Virus record (IMG/VR): IMGVR_UViG_3300016675_000127
Location: 1-47,921 of that record
Length of the DNA: 47,921 nt
Direction: 5' to 3' (one strand)
DNA from: a virus
Taxonomy: Duplodnaviria > Caudoviricetes
Both the position numbers and the translations under genes were made by a program. Each line of letters begins with the position of its first letter. Position 1 is the first letter of the stretch. The notes under the pieces were generated by a model. The model had not been told where the DNA came from and did not search any database. It saw only the letters and a program-made list of their open reading frames with translations. Below, in pieces: positions 33,951 through 42,687 of the stretch.

Positions 33951-34045
33951 ATTTATTAAAAGTCCATTTAAGTATTATTAAGTACAAAGTTAGAATATTT
34001 AACTTTTTTTTTCAATTAATTTCGTTCAAATCTATAAAAAGACGT

Positions 34046-34792
34046 ATGAGAGGACTAACGTACAAAAATATAAATACCGAAATATTAGATATTGACCCGA
34101 CCAAAAGAACCGTAGTAGCTTACGTTTCAAAATTTGGTAATATCGATTTAGATGGTGATGTAATGATGCCTGGTTGTTACAAGAAATCTATTAATGAGCG
34201 TGGAAGTGCTGGCACAAATGAATTATTTCACTTGTCAAACCATAGAACACAACCTGAATTTGTACTTAGTAAACCTATTTTTGAGGAGGATTCATTTGGT
34301 TTGAAAATGACTTCTACAATTAGAGATTCATACCACGGAAACGATATTTTAAAAGGTTATCAGGATGGAATTTGGAATCAGCACTCTGTAATGTTTTCAG
34401 TACCAAAAGGGAAATATGAGTGCAAAGTTGATTCAGATGGAAATGAGTATAATGTAATTTATGAAGCAAAATTATATGAGGGTTCAACTGTTCTATGGGG
34501 TGCAAATCCAGAAACGCCAACTCTCGAAGTAAAGAATATATTTTCACAAGTATTCAATAGTGATTTAACAAAAGTATTTGGGCAGTTGCAAAAGCTAACT
34601 AAAGCTTATAAAAAAGGTACTTTTACAGATGAGTTTTTCCCATTATTGGAAATTGAAATAAAAATGCTTGAATCTATTATTACAGAAAACTTTGTCGAAA
34701 AAAATAGCATTGCAGTCGCAAATGAAGCATTGCAAACGCCAAAAACCGATGAAGGTTTGGAATTGATAAAATGGTTCTCGAATAATATTTAA
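34046..34792 (+). CDS. Prohead protease (HK97 family)
   Basis: FGNIDLDGD, NH, HSVMF and LYEGSTVLWGANPET. Confidence 0.9.
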   Translation: MRGLTYKNINTEILDIDPTKRTVVAYVSKFGNIDLDGDVMMPGCYKKSINERGSAGTNELFHLSNHRTQPEFVLSKPIFEEDSFGLKMTSTIRDSYHGNDILKGYQDGIWNQHSVMFSVPKGKYECKVDSDGNEYNVIYEAKLYEGSTVLWGANPETPTLEVKNIFSQVFNSDLTKVFGQLQKLTKAYKKGTFTDEFFPLLEIEIKMLESIITENFVEKNSIAVANEALQTPKTDEGLELIKWFSNNI

Positions 34793-34815
34793 AACTTTAA
34801 AAACTACAAAAAAAG

Positions 34816-36048
34816 ATGAATATCGAAGAAGCAAAACAAGGTATCGAAAGTGCAATTGATGCACGTTTAAGTAAATATGAAGAGCAGGCTAAATTATCTG
34901 CTAAAGGAATTGAAGAATCATTGAAAAATGAGCTTAATAACTTGCTTTCAAAGCACTCTGAAATCAGCGAGCAAGTTAAATCTTTAGCTAAACAACAAGA
35001 TGCTATCGAACTTGCAACAAAAAGAACAAATCAGCAGTTTGAAAATAAATCAAAGTCTTTTTACGCTGACTTAGCAGAACAAGCTAACAACGCAAAAGAA
35101 GAAATTGAAAGAATCCGTAATCGTAAATCGAGAGGTATCTCTTTTGATATTGAAGCAGGTCAAGAATTGTTACAAAGCAAAGCAGTTGGTAGTGTTACAA
35201 CTTCAAATGTAACTGGCACTTTGCCAACAATGTTTGGTCAAAATATCACTTCAACTCCGAATAGAAAACAACACGTAAGAGGTTTAATTCCGTCAGTTCC
35301 TTTGACTGATGCTATCTACTCATTCCCACGTTATACAAACGGAGAAGGTTCAGTAGGTATTCAAACAGAAGGCTCAGCAAAAGCTCAAACAGATGCTGAC
35401 ATCGCTTATGTAACTTCTACTCCAATCGTAATCGCTCATTTCCAACGTCACTCGGAGCAAATCTTACAAGATATTCCACGTTTGTTGGCGTTCACTTCTG
35501 GTCGTATGGTTGAGCAATTATTGGACAAAGAAGATGATGAAATCTTGAATGGTGCAGGTGGCTCAAACCGTTTGAATGGTATCATTACACAAGCTACTGC
35601 ATACGCTCCGACAGGTTCGGCAAACACTGCAAATGCTGATAGATTCTCATATTTATTGAATGCCATTTCTCAATTGGCACAAGCTAACTATACTCCAAAC
35701 GGTGTATTGGTTAATCCTTACGCTTATTATGAATTGATGCAAATCAAAACTACGACAAAAGAATATACAATGCCTTATGCTGGTGTAACTTTTGTTGATG
35801 GTACATTAAGAATCGCAGGTGTTCCAGTTTATCAATCGACAGCTTGTGCAACAAACGCATTTACAGTAGGTGATTGGTCTCAAGCTGAATTACTTGTAAG
35901 AAATGCAATTCAAGTCGATATTTCACGTGAAGACAGCGACAATTTCCAAAAGAATTTAGTTACTGTACGTGTTGAAGAAAGAGTAGGATTAGCAGTTTAT
36001 CAACCAGGTGCATTTATCACAGGAACTTGGACAGCCTTGGCATCTTGA
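34816..36048 (+). CDS. Major capsid protein (HK97 fold, delta domain)
   Basis: Coiled-coil N-terminus, EGSAK, EDDEILNG and FQKNLVTVRVEERV. Confidence 0.95.
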   Translation: MNIEEAKQGIESAIDARLSKYEEQAKLSAKGIEESLKNELNNLLSKHSEISEQVKSLAKQQDAIELATKRTNQQFENKSKSFYADLAEQANNAKEEIERIRNRKSRGISFDIEAGQELLQSKAVGSVTTSNVTGTLPTMFGQNITSTPNRKQHVRGLIPSVPLTDAIYSFPRYTNGEGSVGIQTEGSAKAQTDADIAYVTSTPIVIAHFQRHSEQILQDIPRLLAFTSGRMVEQLLDKEDDEILNGAGGSNRLNGIITQATAYAPTGSANTANADRFSYLLNAISQLAQANYTPNGVLVNPYAYYELMQIKTTTKEYTMPYAGVTFVDGTLRIAGVPVYQSTACATNAFTVGDWSQAELLVRNAIQVDISREDSDNFQKNLVTVRVEERVGLAVYQPGAFITGTWTALAS

Positions 36049-36091
36049 TAAATAGTTTTAAAAAAATAAATTTTCTAAAAATTAGTTTTAT

Positions 36092-36127
36092 GGCTTGTCA
36101 AGTTCAAACATTTGGCAAGCCTTTTTT
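36092..36127 (+). terminator. Intrinsic terminator after the capsid gene
   Basis: GGCTTGTCAAG/TTTGGCAAGCC with a T-run. Confidence 0.8.
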
Positions 36128-36172
36128 ATAAAAAAGTTTTTTTTCTAAATAACAAAGTTTATACTTAAAGTT

Positions 36173-37135
36173 ATGAATATATTATTTCATTTACACGCCT
36201 ATCCAAACACGAATCTTTCAGGAGCTGAAATGATGGCTCACAGAATAGCAAAGTTTTTACAATCAAAAGGACATAATATAAAAGTTATTAATGGAAGTTG
36301 TAATAATAATTCTGTATTTGAAGGAATAGAAGTAATTGGATTTAATTTAAACAAGAATGACCACGATTTGTGGCTTTGGGCGGACGTTGTAGTCACTCAC
36401 TTGGTAAATACTCATTATTGTTTAAATCAGGCTCGTAAATATAATAAAAAGCTAATTCATCTTATACATAATAGTTTCAGTGACCATATTTTAAAAGTTC
36501 GTGAAAATGCAAACTATTTAGTTTATAATTCTGATTATGTAAGAAAAATATTAGGTTATAATCATCCTTACACTATTTGTATCCCTCCCGTTAATTATAG
36601 AGATTATGAAGTAAGCAATAAAGGTTCTTATATTACTTTGGTAAATCTAAATGAGAATAAAGGCGGTAGAATATTAATAGAAATTGCAAAAAGATTGCCA
36701 GAATACAAGTTTTTAGCAATAGAGGGCGGATATTACGACCAAATAAAAGATGAATTAGTAAAGAATATCAAATATTTACATCCGCAAGTAGATATGAAGA
36801 AGATTTATAATAAAACTAAACTTTTATTAATGCCATCCGAATATGAAAGCTGGGGACAAGTAGCAATCGAAGCAATAGCAAGCGGAGTGCCAGTGCTATC
36901 AAGTGAAGCACAAGGATTGAAAGAAGCTTTAGGAAATGCTACTATATCAATTGACAGGAAAAATATAGATGCTTGGGTTAAATATATAAAAGTAGTTATG
37001 GAAGATTCAGCAGTTTATAGTAAATTGCAAGAGTTAAGCATTTTAAGAGCTAAAGAATTAGACCCAATACCTTATTTAGAGCGTTTAAATACATTTTTTG
37101 AACAAGTTAAAAACGTAAAGTTATGGAAGCAGTAA
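36173..37135 (+). CDS. Glycosyltransferase, GT-B/GT4-like
   Basis: SGAE N-terminal loop, NKGG and PSEYESWGQVAIEAIASGVPV (E-X7-E). Confidence 0.9.
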   Translation: MNILFHLHAYPNTNLSGAEMMAHRIAKFLQSKGHNIKVINGSCNNNSVFEGIEVIGFNLNKNDHDLWLWADVVVTHLVNTHYCLNQARKYNKKLIHLIHNSFSDHILKVRENANYLVYNSDYVRKILGYNHPYTICIPPVNYRDYEVSNKGSYITLVNLNENKGGRILIEIAKRLPEYKFLAIEGGYYDQIKDELVKNIKYLHPQVDMKKIYNKTKLLLMPSEYESWGQVAIEAIASGVPVLSSEAQGLKEALGNATISIDRKNIDAWVKYIKVVMEDSAVYSKLQELSILRAKELDPIPYLERLNTFFEQVKNVKLWKQ

Positions 37136-37302
37136 AAGTAAAACTATTAAAAGATTTTCACGGTGACGTAATAGCAAAAGCTGGAGAATCTATTGAAATG
37201 AATAAAGACAAAGCGGATTTTCACGCTAAACGTGGTAATGTTGAAATCGTAAAAACAAAAGAACTTAAAATTAAGAAAGAAAATGAAGACGTTGCTTTAT
37301 GA
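37123..37302 (+). CDS. Small 59-aa protein, possibly head-associated (not in ORF track)
   Basis: MEAVKVKLLKDFHGDVIAKAGESIEM...; overlaps both neighbours. Confidence 0.65.
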   Translation: MEAVKVKLLKDFHGDVIAKAGESIEMNKDKADFHAKRGNVEIVKTKELKIKKENEDVAL

Positions 37303-37816
37303 TGTTACTTTTTCAGATGAAGGTAGCGAGGTTGTCGATTTAGCTTATGTAAAATCTTTTTCTGCAATTACTACTACTACTCACGATGCTTTATTGACTA
37401 ATTTAATTAAATCATGTAGGGCAGAAATAGAAAAAGTTGCAGGTATTTCTATAATTGAAAGAACTATAACTGCTGAATGGTACTCGGTAAATGAAGAATG
37501 TTCTTTGCCTTATCCAATTATCAACTCTATTACAAGCGTAGAAAGTGACGGTACGGCATTAACGGCAAACGTTGGATACAAAGTAATTGGCACAAGTAAA
37601 AAAACGATTATAGGAACTTTTACAAAAGGCTTAAAAGTTGTTTATACTGCTGGGTATGGTGCTAATTGTCCAGAAGATTTAAAGCTTTGTATTGCAAAGG
37701 CAGTATTAGAAATATTTGAAAATAGAACAGGAATATCAGTTGAAAATTCAAATTTATTGCCAAACAGTTGGCGTAGTGTAGCAATTAATTATCGACCGAC
37801 ATGGTTAATTTTTTAA
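37283..37816 (+). CDS. Head-tail connector (gp6-like)
   Basis: YTAGYG...PEDLKL...FENR; synteny. Confidence 0.82.
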   Translation: MKTLLYDVTFSDEGSEVVDLAYVKSFSAITTTTHDALLTNLIKSCRAEIEKVAGISIIERTITAEWYSVNEECSLPYPIINSITSVESDGTALTANVGYKVIGTSKKTIIGTFTKGLKVVYTAGYGANCPEDLKLCIAKAVLEIFENRTGISVENSNLLPNSWRSVAINYRPTWLIF

Positions 37817-37822
37817 AATAAA

Positions 37823-38164
37823 ATGGTAGATAAACTAACATTAAACGCTGGTAAGTTACAAGATGAATTAAGCTTTTATAATGTAACTGTAACAAGAGAT
37901 GATGCTGGCGGTTTTGGAACTTCAACTAAAACGTTGGCATTTACTACACTTGCATATATTGTTCCAGACGGATCACGTAGAACATTTGAAGCAAATAAAA
38001 ATGAATATATAGAAAGCTACAAAGTTGAGATACGCTATGAGAATGGCAAAGTTCCAAACGAGAATCAACTTGTACTTTTTAATTCTATTTGGTTTAATAT
38101 TGTTTCAGTAGAGAATGTAATGGCTCGTAATTTAGTAATTAAGCTTATTTTAGTAAAAAAATAA
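37823..38164 (+). CDS. Head closure/head-tail adaptor
   Basis: DDAGG, IRY and FNIVSV pattern; synteny. Confidence 0.8.
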   Translation: MVDKLTLNAGKLQDELSFYNVTVTRDDAGGFGTSTKTLAFTTLAYIVPDGSRRTFEANKNEYIESYKVEIRYENGKVPNENQLVLFNSIWFNIVSVENVMARNLVIKLILVKK

Positions 38165-38183
38165 CTTTTAAAAATTAGTTTTT

Positions 38184-38627
38184 ATGGCAGTTAGAGGTAG
38201 AGATGAAATAATTAGAAACTTACAAAGATATTCTCAATCTATGATTAGAGAATTTGAGTATGAATTATTGCGTGCTTCATCTACTATGGAAATGAAAGCT
38301 AAAATGAATGCACCAGTTGGAGAACCAAAAAAGTCAAAAGGTGTTCCAGTTGATATAGGAAAATTAAGACAAAGTATTTTTCACAAAGTTGATGATAAAA
38401 ATTTGACAGCAAAAGTAGGAGCAACCGAATTTTATGCTCCTTATGTTGAGTTTGGTACCGGTCAATATGTAGAAGTTGATTCAGAATTTAAGGATTTGGC
38501 AATGGAATTTTATGTAAATGGACAAGGTAAAATGCGACCAAGACCTTTTTTGATTCCTGCTTTTTATTCTGAAAGAAATAAATTTATTCAAAACATTAAA
38601 AATATAGTTAGAAAATATTCGGCATGA
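38184..38627 (+). CDS. HK97 gp10-like neck/tail completion protein
   Basis: PVDIGKLRQSI, YAPYVEFGT and RPFLIPA. Confidence 0.88.
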   Translation: MAVRGRDEIIRNLQRYSQSMIREFEYELLRASSTMEMKAKMNAPVGEPKKSKGVPVDIGKLRQSIFHKVDDKNLTAKVGATEFYAPYVEFGTGQYVEVDSEFKDLAMEFYVNGQGKMRPRPFLIPAFYSERNKFIQNIKNIVRKYSA

Positions 38628-39043
38628 AAGACACTACTTATCCATTACGCAAAGCATATTATTCGCTTATTAGCGGACTTGGATATGATTGTTATGATAC
38701 TAAAGCTCCAAATTCTGTAAATAAACCTTATATAATTCTAGGAACTCAAACATCAGCAGAAGAAAGTACAAAAAACTCTTTTAATATGCGATGTTCTATT
38801 ACTTTAGATATTTATGCAGGATTTACAGACTTTTATTCAAGCAGAAAAGGTTTAGATTTAATAGTTAATAATATACTTACAAATTTAATGACTTCGCCTG
38901 GTCAATGTAGTTTTACTTTAACGGATTTTGATATATTTGCAACCAAGAAAGTAATTGATAACGATTTTGACCCAATCGTAACAGATACTCAAAGTATTTT
39001 TAGAAAAATTATAGTAATTGAACATTTATTAAAACAAAAATAA
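38624..39043 (+). CDS. Tail terminator (DUF3168-like)
   Basis: YD..P...PYIILG; synteny. Confidence 0.75.
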   Translation: MKDTTYPLRKAYYSLISGLGYDCYDTKAPNSVNKPYIILGTQTSAEESTKNSFNMRCSITLDIYAGFTDFYSSRKGLDLIVNNILTNLMTSPGQCSFTLTDFDIFATKKVIDNDFDPIVTDTQSIFRKIIVIEHLLKQK

Positions 39044-39047
39044 AAAA

Positions 39048-39470
39048 ATGGCAAAAAGTAACGCATCATCGCACAAATTGTATATCGTTGAAAGCAATGC
39101 AAATAAATTAGTTGCAGAATTGACTAATATTTCGCTTTCATTCTCGGGAAATACTATTGATTTGACATCTAAAGACAACAACGGATTCAGAGATTTTATT
39201 GTAGGTCTTAAATCATTTTCGTTGTCTATTGAGGGATTTGTAGATTTTCAAGCAGGTACAGACGAAAGAAATTTTGACGACTTAATGACATCGGCAAAAG
39301 CTGGTAGTTCTTTGAGTTTGTTATTGAAAAATACAACGTCAGGAGATTCTACTCACGCTGGCACGGCTTATGTAACAGCGTTGCAATTAACTTCAGGAAC
39401 TGAAACGGGTTTGACATTTACTGCTACATTGGAATTTAGCGGAGATATTACAGTTGGTACTGTTGCTTAA
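39048..39470 (+). CDS. Major tail tube protein
   Basis: IDLTSKD..GFRDFIVGLKS.S.S.EG. Confidence 0.88.
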   Translation: MAKSNASSHKLYIVESNANKLVAELTNISLSFSGNTIDLTSKDNNGFRDFIVGLKSFSLSIEGFVDFQAGTDERNFDDLMTSAKAGSSLSLLLKNTTSGDSTHAGTAYVTALQLTSGTETGLTFTATLEFSGDITVGTVA

Positions 39471-39524
39471 TTAATTAAGTCATAAAAACGAAATACAAAT
39501 CTTTGAAGTATTAAAAGTTAAATT

Positions 39525-39941
39525 ATGAAAGGACGATTTTATATAAATGGTTTAGGAAATTGCTTAGTTGGTACGTATGCTTTACGTCATCTAACTAAGC
39601 ATTTTTTATGTGATGCACAACAATTATTGTTTTTAGCAACACAACAAGGTATGAGTTTAGAATTTACTTCATATTTTCTAAAATATACCTATGAAAATGC
39701 TTTAATGCAAAGCGAGGGGGCAGGATTTAAGCCTAAAAGTGTGGAGGAAATAGATTTGTTTTTAGACACAAATACTCCATCAACCGAAGAGTATAAAGGT
39801 GCAATTGATGCTTTATGGATTTCAGTTGTAGGTATGACAGCTGAAGAATTTGCACAAAAAAATAATATTAAAAAAGAAACAGGCGAGGCAAAAAAAAAGA
39901 ATGGCACGAGTTTTGGAAAGAAATTGACAAAATTGGATTAA
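39525..39941 (+). CDS. Tail assembly chaperone (lambda gpG equivalent)
   Basis: Between tube and tape measure, with an A-run slippery site near its 3' end. Confidence 0.8.
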   Translation: MKGRFYINGLGNCLVGTYALRHLTKHFLCDAQQLLFLATQQGMSLEFTSYFLKYTYENALMQSEGAGFKPKSVEEIDLFLDTNTPSTEEYKGAIDALWISVVGMTAEEFAQKNNIKKETGEAKKKNGTSFGKKLTKLD

Positions 39942-40210
39942 AAAACGGTTTTACTATATTTCAAATATTTTCTTTTACTTTATATGACATCTTTATTTTG
40001 CATGAAGCTAACGAGGAAGATAAAGAATTTGAATTGTTTCAGATACGTGAGCAAATATATTGGGGTATAAATATTCATACTCAAAAACATATTTCACGTG
40101 ATAAAATATTCAAATTGCCTTCCGAAAATAAGAATATAGAAAGAGATTTTGTAAAAGAATATGAGCAACGATATGCAGAACGTCAGCTCGCAAAACTATT
40201 AAAGAAATGA
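39890..40210 (+). CDS. -1 frameshift extension of the tail chaperone (gpT equivalent)
   Basis: A_AAA_AAG at 39893-39899; the -1 frame is open (KEWHEFWKEIDK...) into the 39998..40210 ORF. Confidence 0.8.
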   Translation, partial: KKKEWHEFWKEIDKIGLKNGFTIFQIFSFTLYDIFILHEANEEDKEFELFQIREQIYWGINIHTQKHISRDKIFKLPSENKNIERDFVKEYEQRYAERQLAKLLKK

Positions 40211-42684
40211 ATGCAGGATTAGGAAGCTTTTTTTTATCAATTGGAGTTGATATTGATGATTTAAACAAAGGGTTAAAAAATGCACAAAAAGATATAGACA
40301 AATTTGGTAGCAACCTTGAAAAAATAGGTGGCAAATTATCTGTATTAGTTTCTGCACCTTTAGCCTTAGTTGCAAAGTCTGCATTAGATGCGAGCGGTGA
40401 ATTTGAAAGCTTGCAAACATCTTTTAATACTATGTTAGGTAGTGTTGAAGCAGGAAAGCAAATGATGCAAGATTTGCAAAAATTTAATTTATCTACTCCT
40501 TTTGAATCTAAAGAAGTTGCAACTGCTACAAAGTCTTTATTAGCTTTCGGATTTGCACAAGAACAAATAATACCTAATCTTAGCCGTATTGGTGATATAT
40601 CTGCAGGCGTTGGAATGAGTGTTCAGGAACTTGCAGACATTTATGGAAAAGCAAGAGTGCAAGGTACTTTAATGGCAGAAGATATAAATCAGCTAACAGG
40701 ACGAGGTATTCCAGTCATTCAAGAATTTGCAAAACAATTAGGAGTTGCAGAAAGTCAAGTAAAGAAATTGGGTAGCGAGGGTAAAATATCTTTTGCAAAC
40801 TTAGAACAAGCATTTATATCATTGACAAGTGAGGGCGGAAAGTTTTTTGGAATGACCGCAAATCAAGCTACTACTTGGCAAGGTGTTATGTCAAATGCAA
40901 GTGACAGTATAAATCAAAGTTTGGTTACATTAGGTGATACTATAATTAAATCTTTAAATCTTAAAGAAGTAATTCCGCAAGCTACTGCTTATTTATCTGA
41001 ATTAGTTGATGCTTTTAAGAATTTATCTCCAGAAGCACAAAAAGCAATAACCATAATAGGAGGTTTAGCAATAGTTATTCCTCCATTAATGGTTATTGCT
41101 GGTACAGCTTTGCCAATGATGGCATCAGGATTTACAGCTTTAATTTCTCCAGTCGGGTTGGTAACTGTTGCAATCGGTGCTTTAGTTGCAGTATTAGGCG
41201 AGCATTATTTGACTACAAAGAAAATAGAATCCGCCGTCAATTCAATGAATGAAGTAAACAAAGAGGTTTCATCTACTATAAGTAATGAAATTGATGAAGT
41301 TACTAAATTGAATGATATATTACAAAGCAATACAAGTTCTTATGAAGATAAAAAACAAGCATTAGCAAAATTAAAAGAAATAAATCCAGAGTATTTTAAA
41401 GGATTAAATGCTGAAAATTTGAATTATAGTTCATTAAATGAAGCTATTTCTAAATATGTAACTAATTTACAAAATGCTACAAAAGCAAAAGCATTATTTG
41501 ATAAAATACAATCTAATAAAGAATTAATTAAAACTTTAGAAAAAGACCCAAGTCAAGCTGTTAGCTATATTGATTTAGCTAAAAATTATTTAACAAGCGG
41601 TATGAATCCACAACAAGCCGCTTTTAAGACATCAATTTTAGCTTTAGATAATATTGATAAACTTAAAAAAAGCACTAGTGATTTAGAAAAAAATTTACAA
41701 TCTTTAGAAAAACAAGGATATAAAGCATTGGGCGGTTTAAGTGGAGCAAAACCTAGCGGTGTTGGCGGGGTAACAGGTGCTGGAGCTGGTGCAGGTAGTG
41801 GAAAAGCAAATAAAGATTTACAAAAACAATTAGAAGAAGATTCAAAGCTTTATGAAGGGTTGATAAATGATATACAAAAAATGTATATTAACTCAATGAC
41901 AGATACAAATATACGTGAAATAGAGCTATTAAAATATAATTCAAATGAAGAGTTAAAAGAATATGAAAAAAGAATAAAAGGACGTGAAGGATTTGAAAAT
42001 TTGTTTGCCTTTTACAGATTAAATAAAGAAAAAGAAGTACAAGAAAAGATTTTCCAACTTGAGCAAAAGAATAAATTTATACCTAAAGAAATAAAAGGTG
42101 CTGATACTTTTAAAGGTTTTGATATGAAAGCAACCGATAAAAGTATGCAAACATCTTTAAACAATATGCTTCAATTAGGTGTAAATGCTCAAATTGCTGG
42201 TAATAACATTGCTAATTTAGAGAAGTATTTAGGATTGGCACAAGGAACAATCGACAAAACTAATTATCAAGCATTTGCAGACCAAGCAAGCGTAGTATTA
42301 GAAAGTACTAATATTATGCGAGATGCTTTGACAAACTTTGCTACTGATGCAATTGGCACAAGTTCAATTATGATTGGAGAATTAATAGCAGGAACAAAAA
42401 CTTTACAAGACATTGGGCAGACAATTAAATTATTAATTGCTGATATGTTAAAATCTTTAGCTTTTTCAGGAATTGCACAAGGTATTCAAAATTTGGTAAA
42501 AGGCAATCCGCTTGGAGGTTTGCAAATATTTGGAGGTATTGGAGCAGGTATATTTTCAGGTATATTAAAAGGAAAAGCACAGAATCAGCAACAACCTACA
42601 AATCAACAACAACAATATTCAGTAATTCGTGGAGGTGATATTTTCACAGCACAAAATCGTTATCAATTAATTAAAGGATTCTAA
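40207..42684 (+). CDS. Tape measure protein
   Basis: 825 aa helical protein with TPFE...GKA...EDINQLTGRGIP tape-measure motifs. Confidence 0.93.
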   Translation: MNAGLGSFFLSIGVDIDDLNKGLKNAQKDIDKFGSNLEKIGGKLSVLVSAPLALVAKSALDASGEFESLQTSFNTMLGSVEAGKQMMQDLQKFNLSTPFESKEVATATKSLLAFGFAQEQIIPNLSRIGDISAGVGMSVQELADIYGKARVQGTLMAEDINQLTGRGIPVIQEFAKQLGVAESQVKKLGSEGKISFANLEQAFISLTSEGGKFFGMTANQATTWQGVMSNASDSINQSLVTLGDTIIKSLNLKEVIPQATAYLSELVDAFKNLSPEAQKAITIIGGLAIVIPPLMVIAGTALPMMASGFTALISPVGLVTVAIGALVAVLGEHYLTTKKIESAVNSMNEVNKEVSSTISNEIDEVTKLNDILQSNTSSYEDKKQALAKLKEINPEYFKGLNAENLNYSSLNEAISKYVTNLQNATKAKALFDKIQSNKELIKTLEKDPSQAVSYIDLAKNYLTSGMNPQQAAFKTSILALDNIDKLKKSTSDLEKNLQSLEKQGYKALGGLSGAKPSGVGGVTGAGAGAGSGKANKDLQKQLEEDSKLYEGLINDIQKMYINSMTDTNIREIELLKYNSNEELKEYEKRIKGREGFENLFAFYRLNKEKEVQEKIFQLEQKNKFIPKEIKGADTFKGFDMKATDKSMQTSLNNMLQLGVNAQIAGNNIANLEKYLGLAQGTIDKTNYQAFADQASVVLESTNIMRDALTNFATDAIGTSSIMIGELIAGTKTLQDIGQTIKLLIADMLKSLAFSGIAQGIQNLVKGNPLGGLQIFGGIGAGIFSGILKGKAQNQQQPTNQQQQYSVIRGGDIFTAQNRYQLIKGF

Positions 42685-42687
42685 AAA

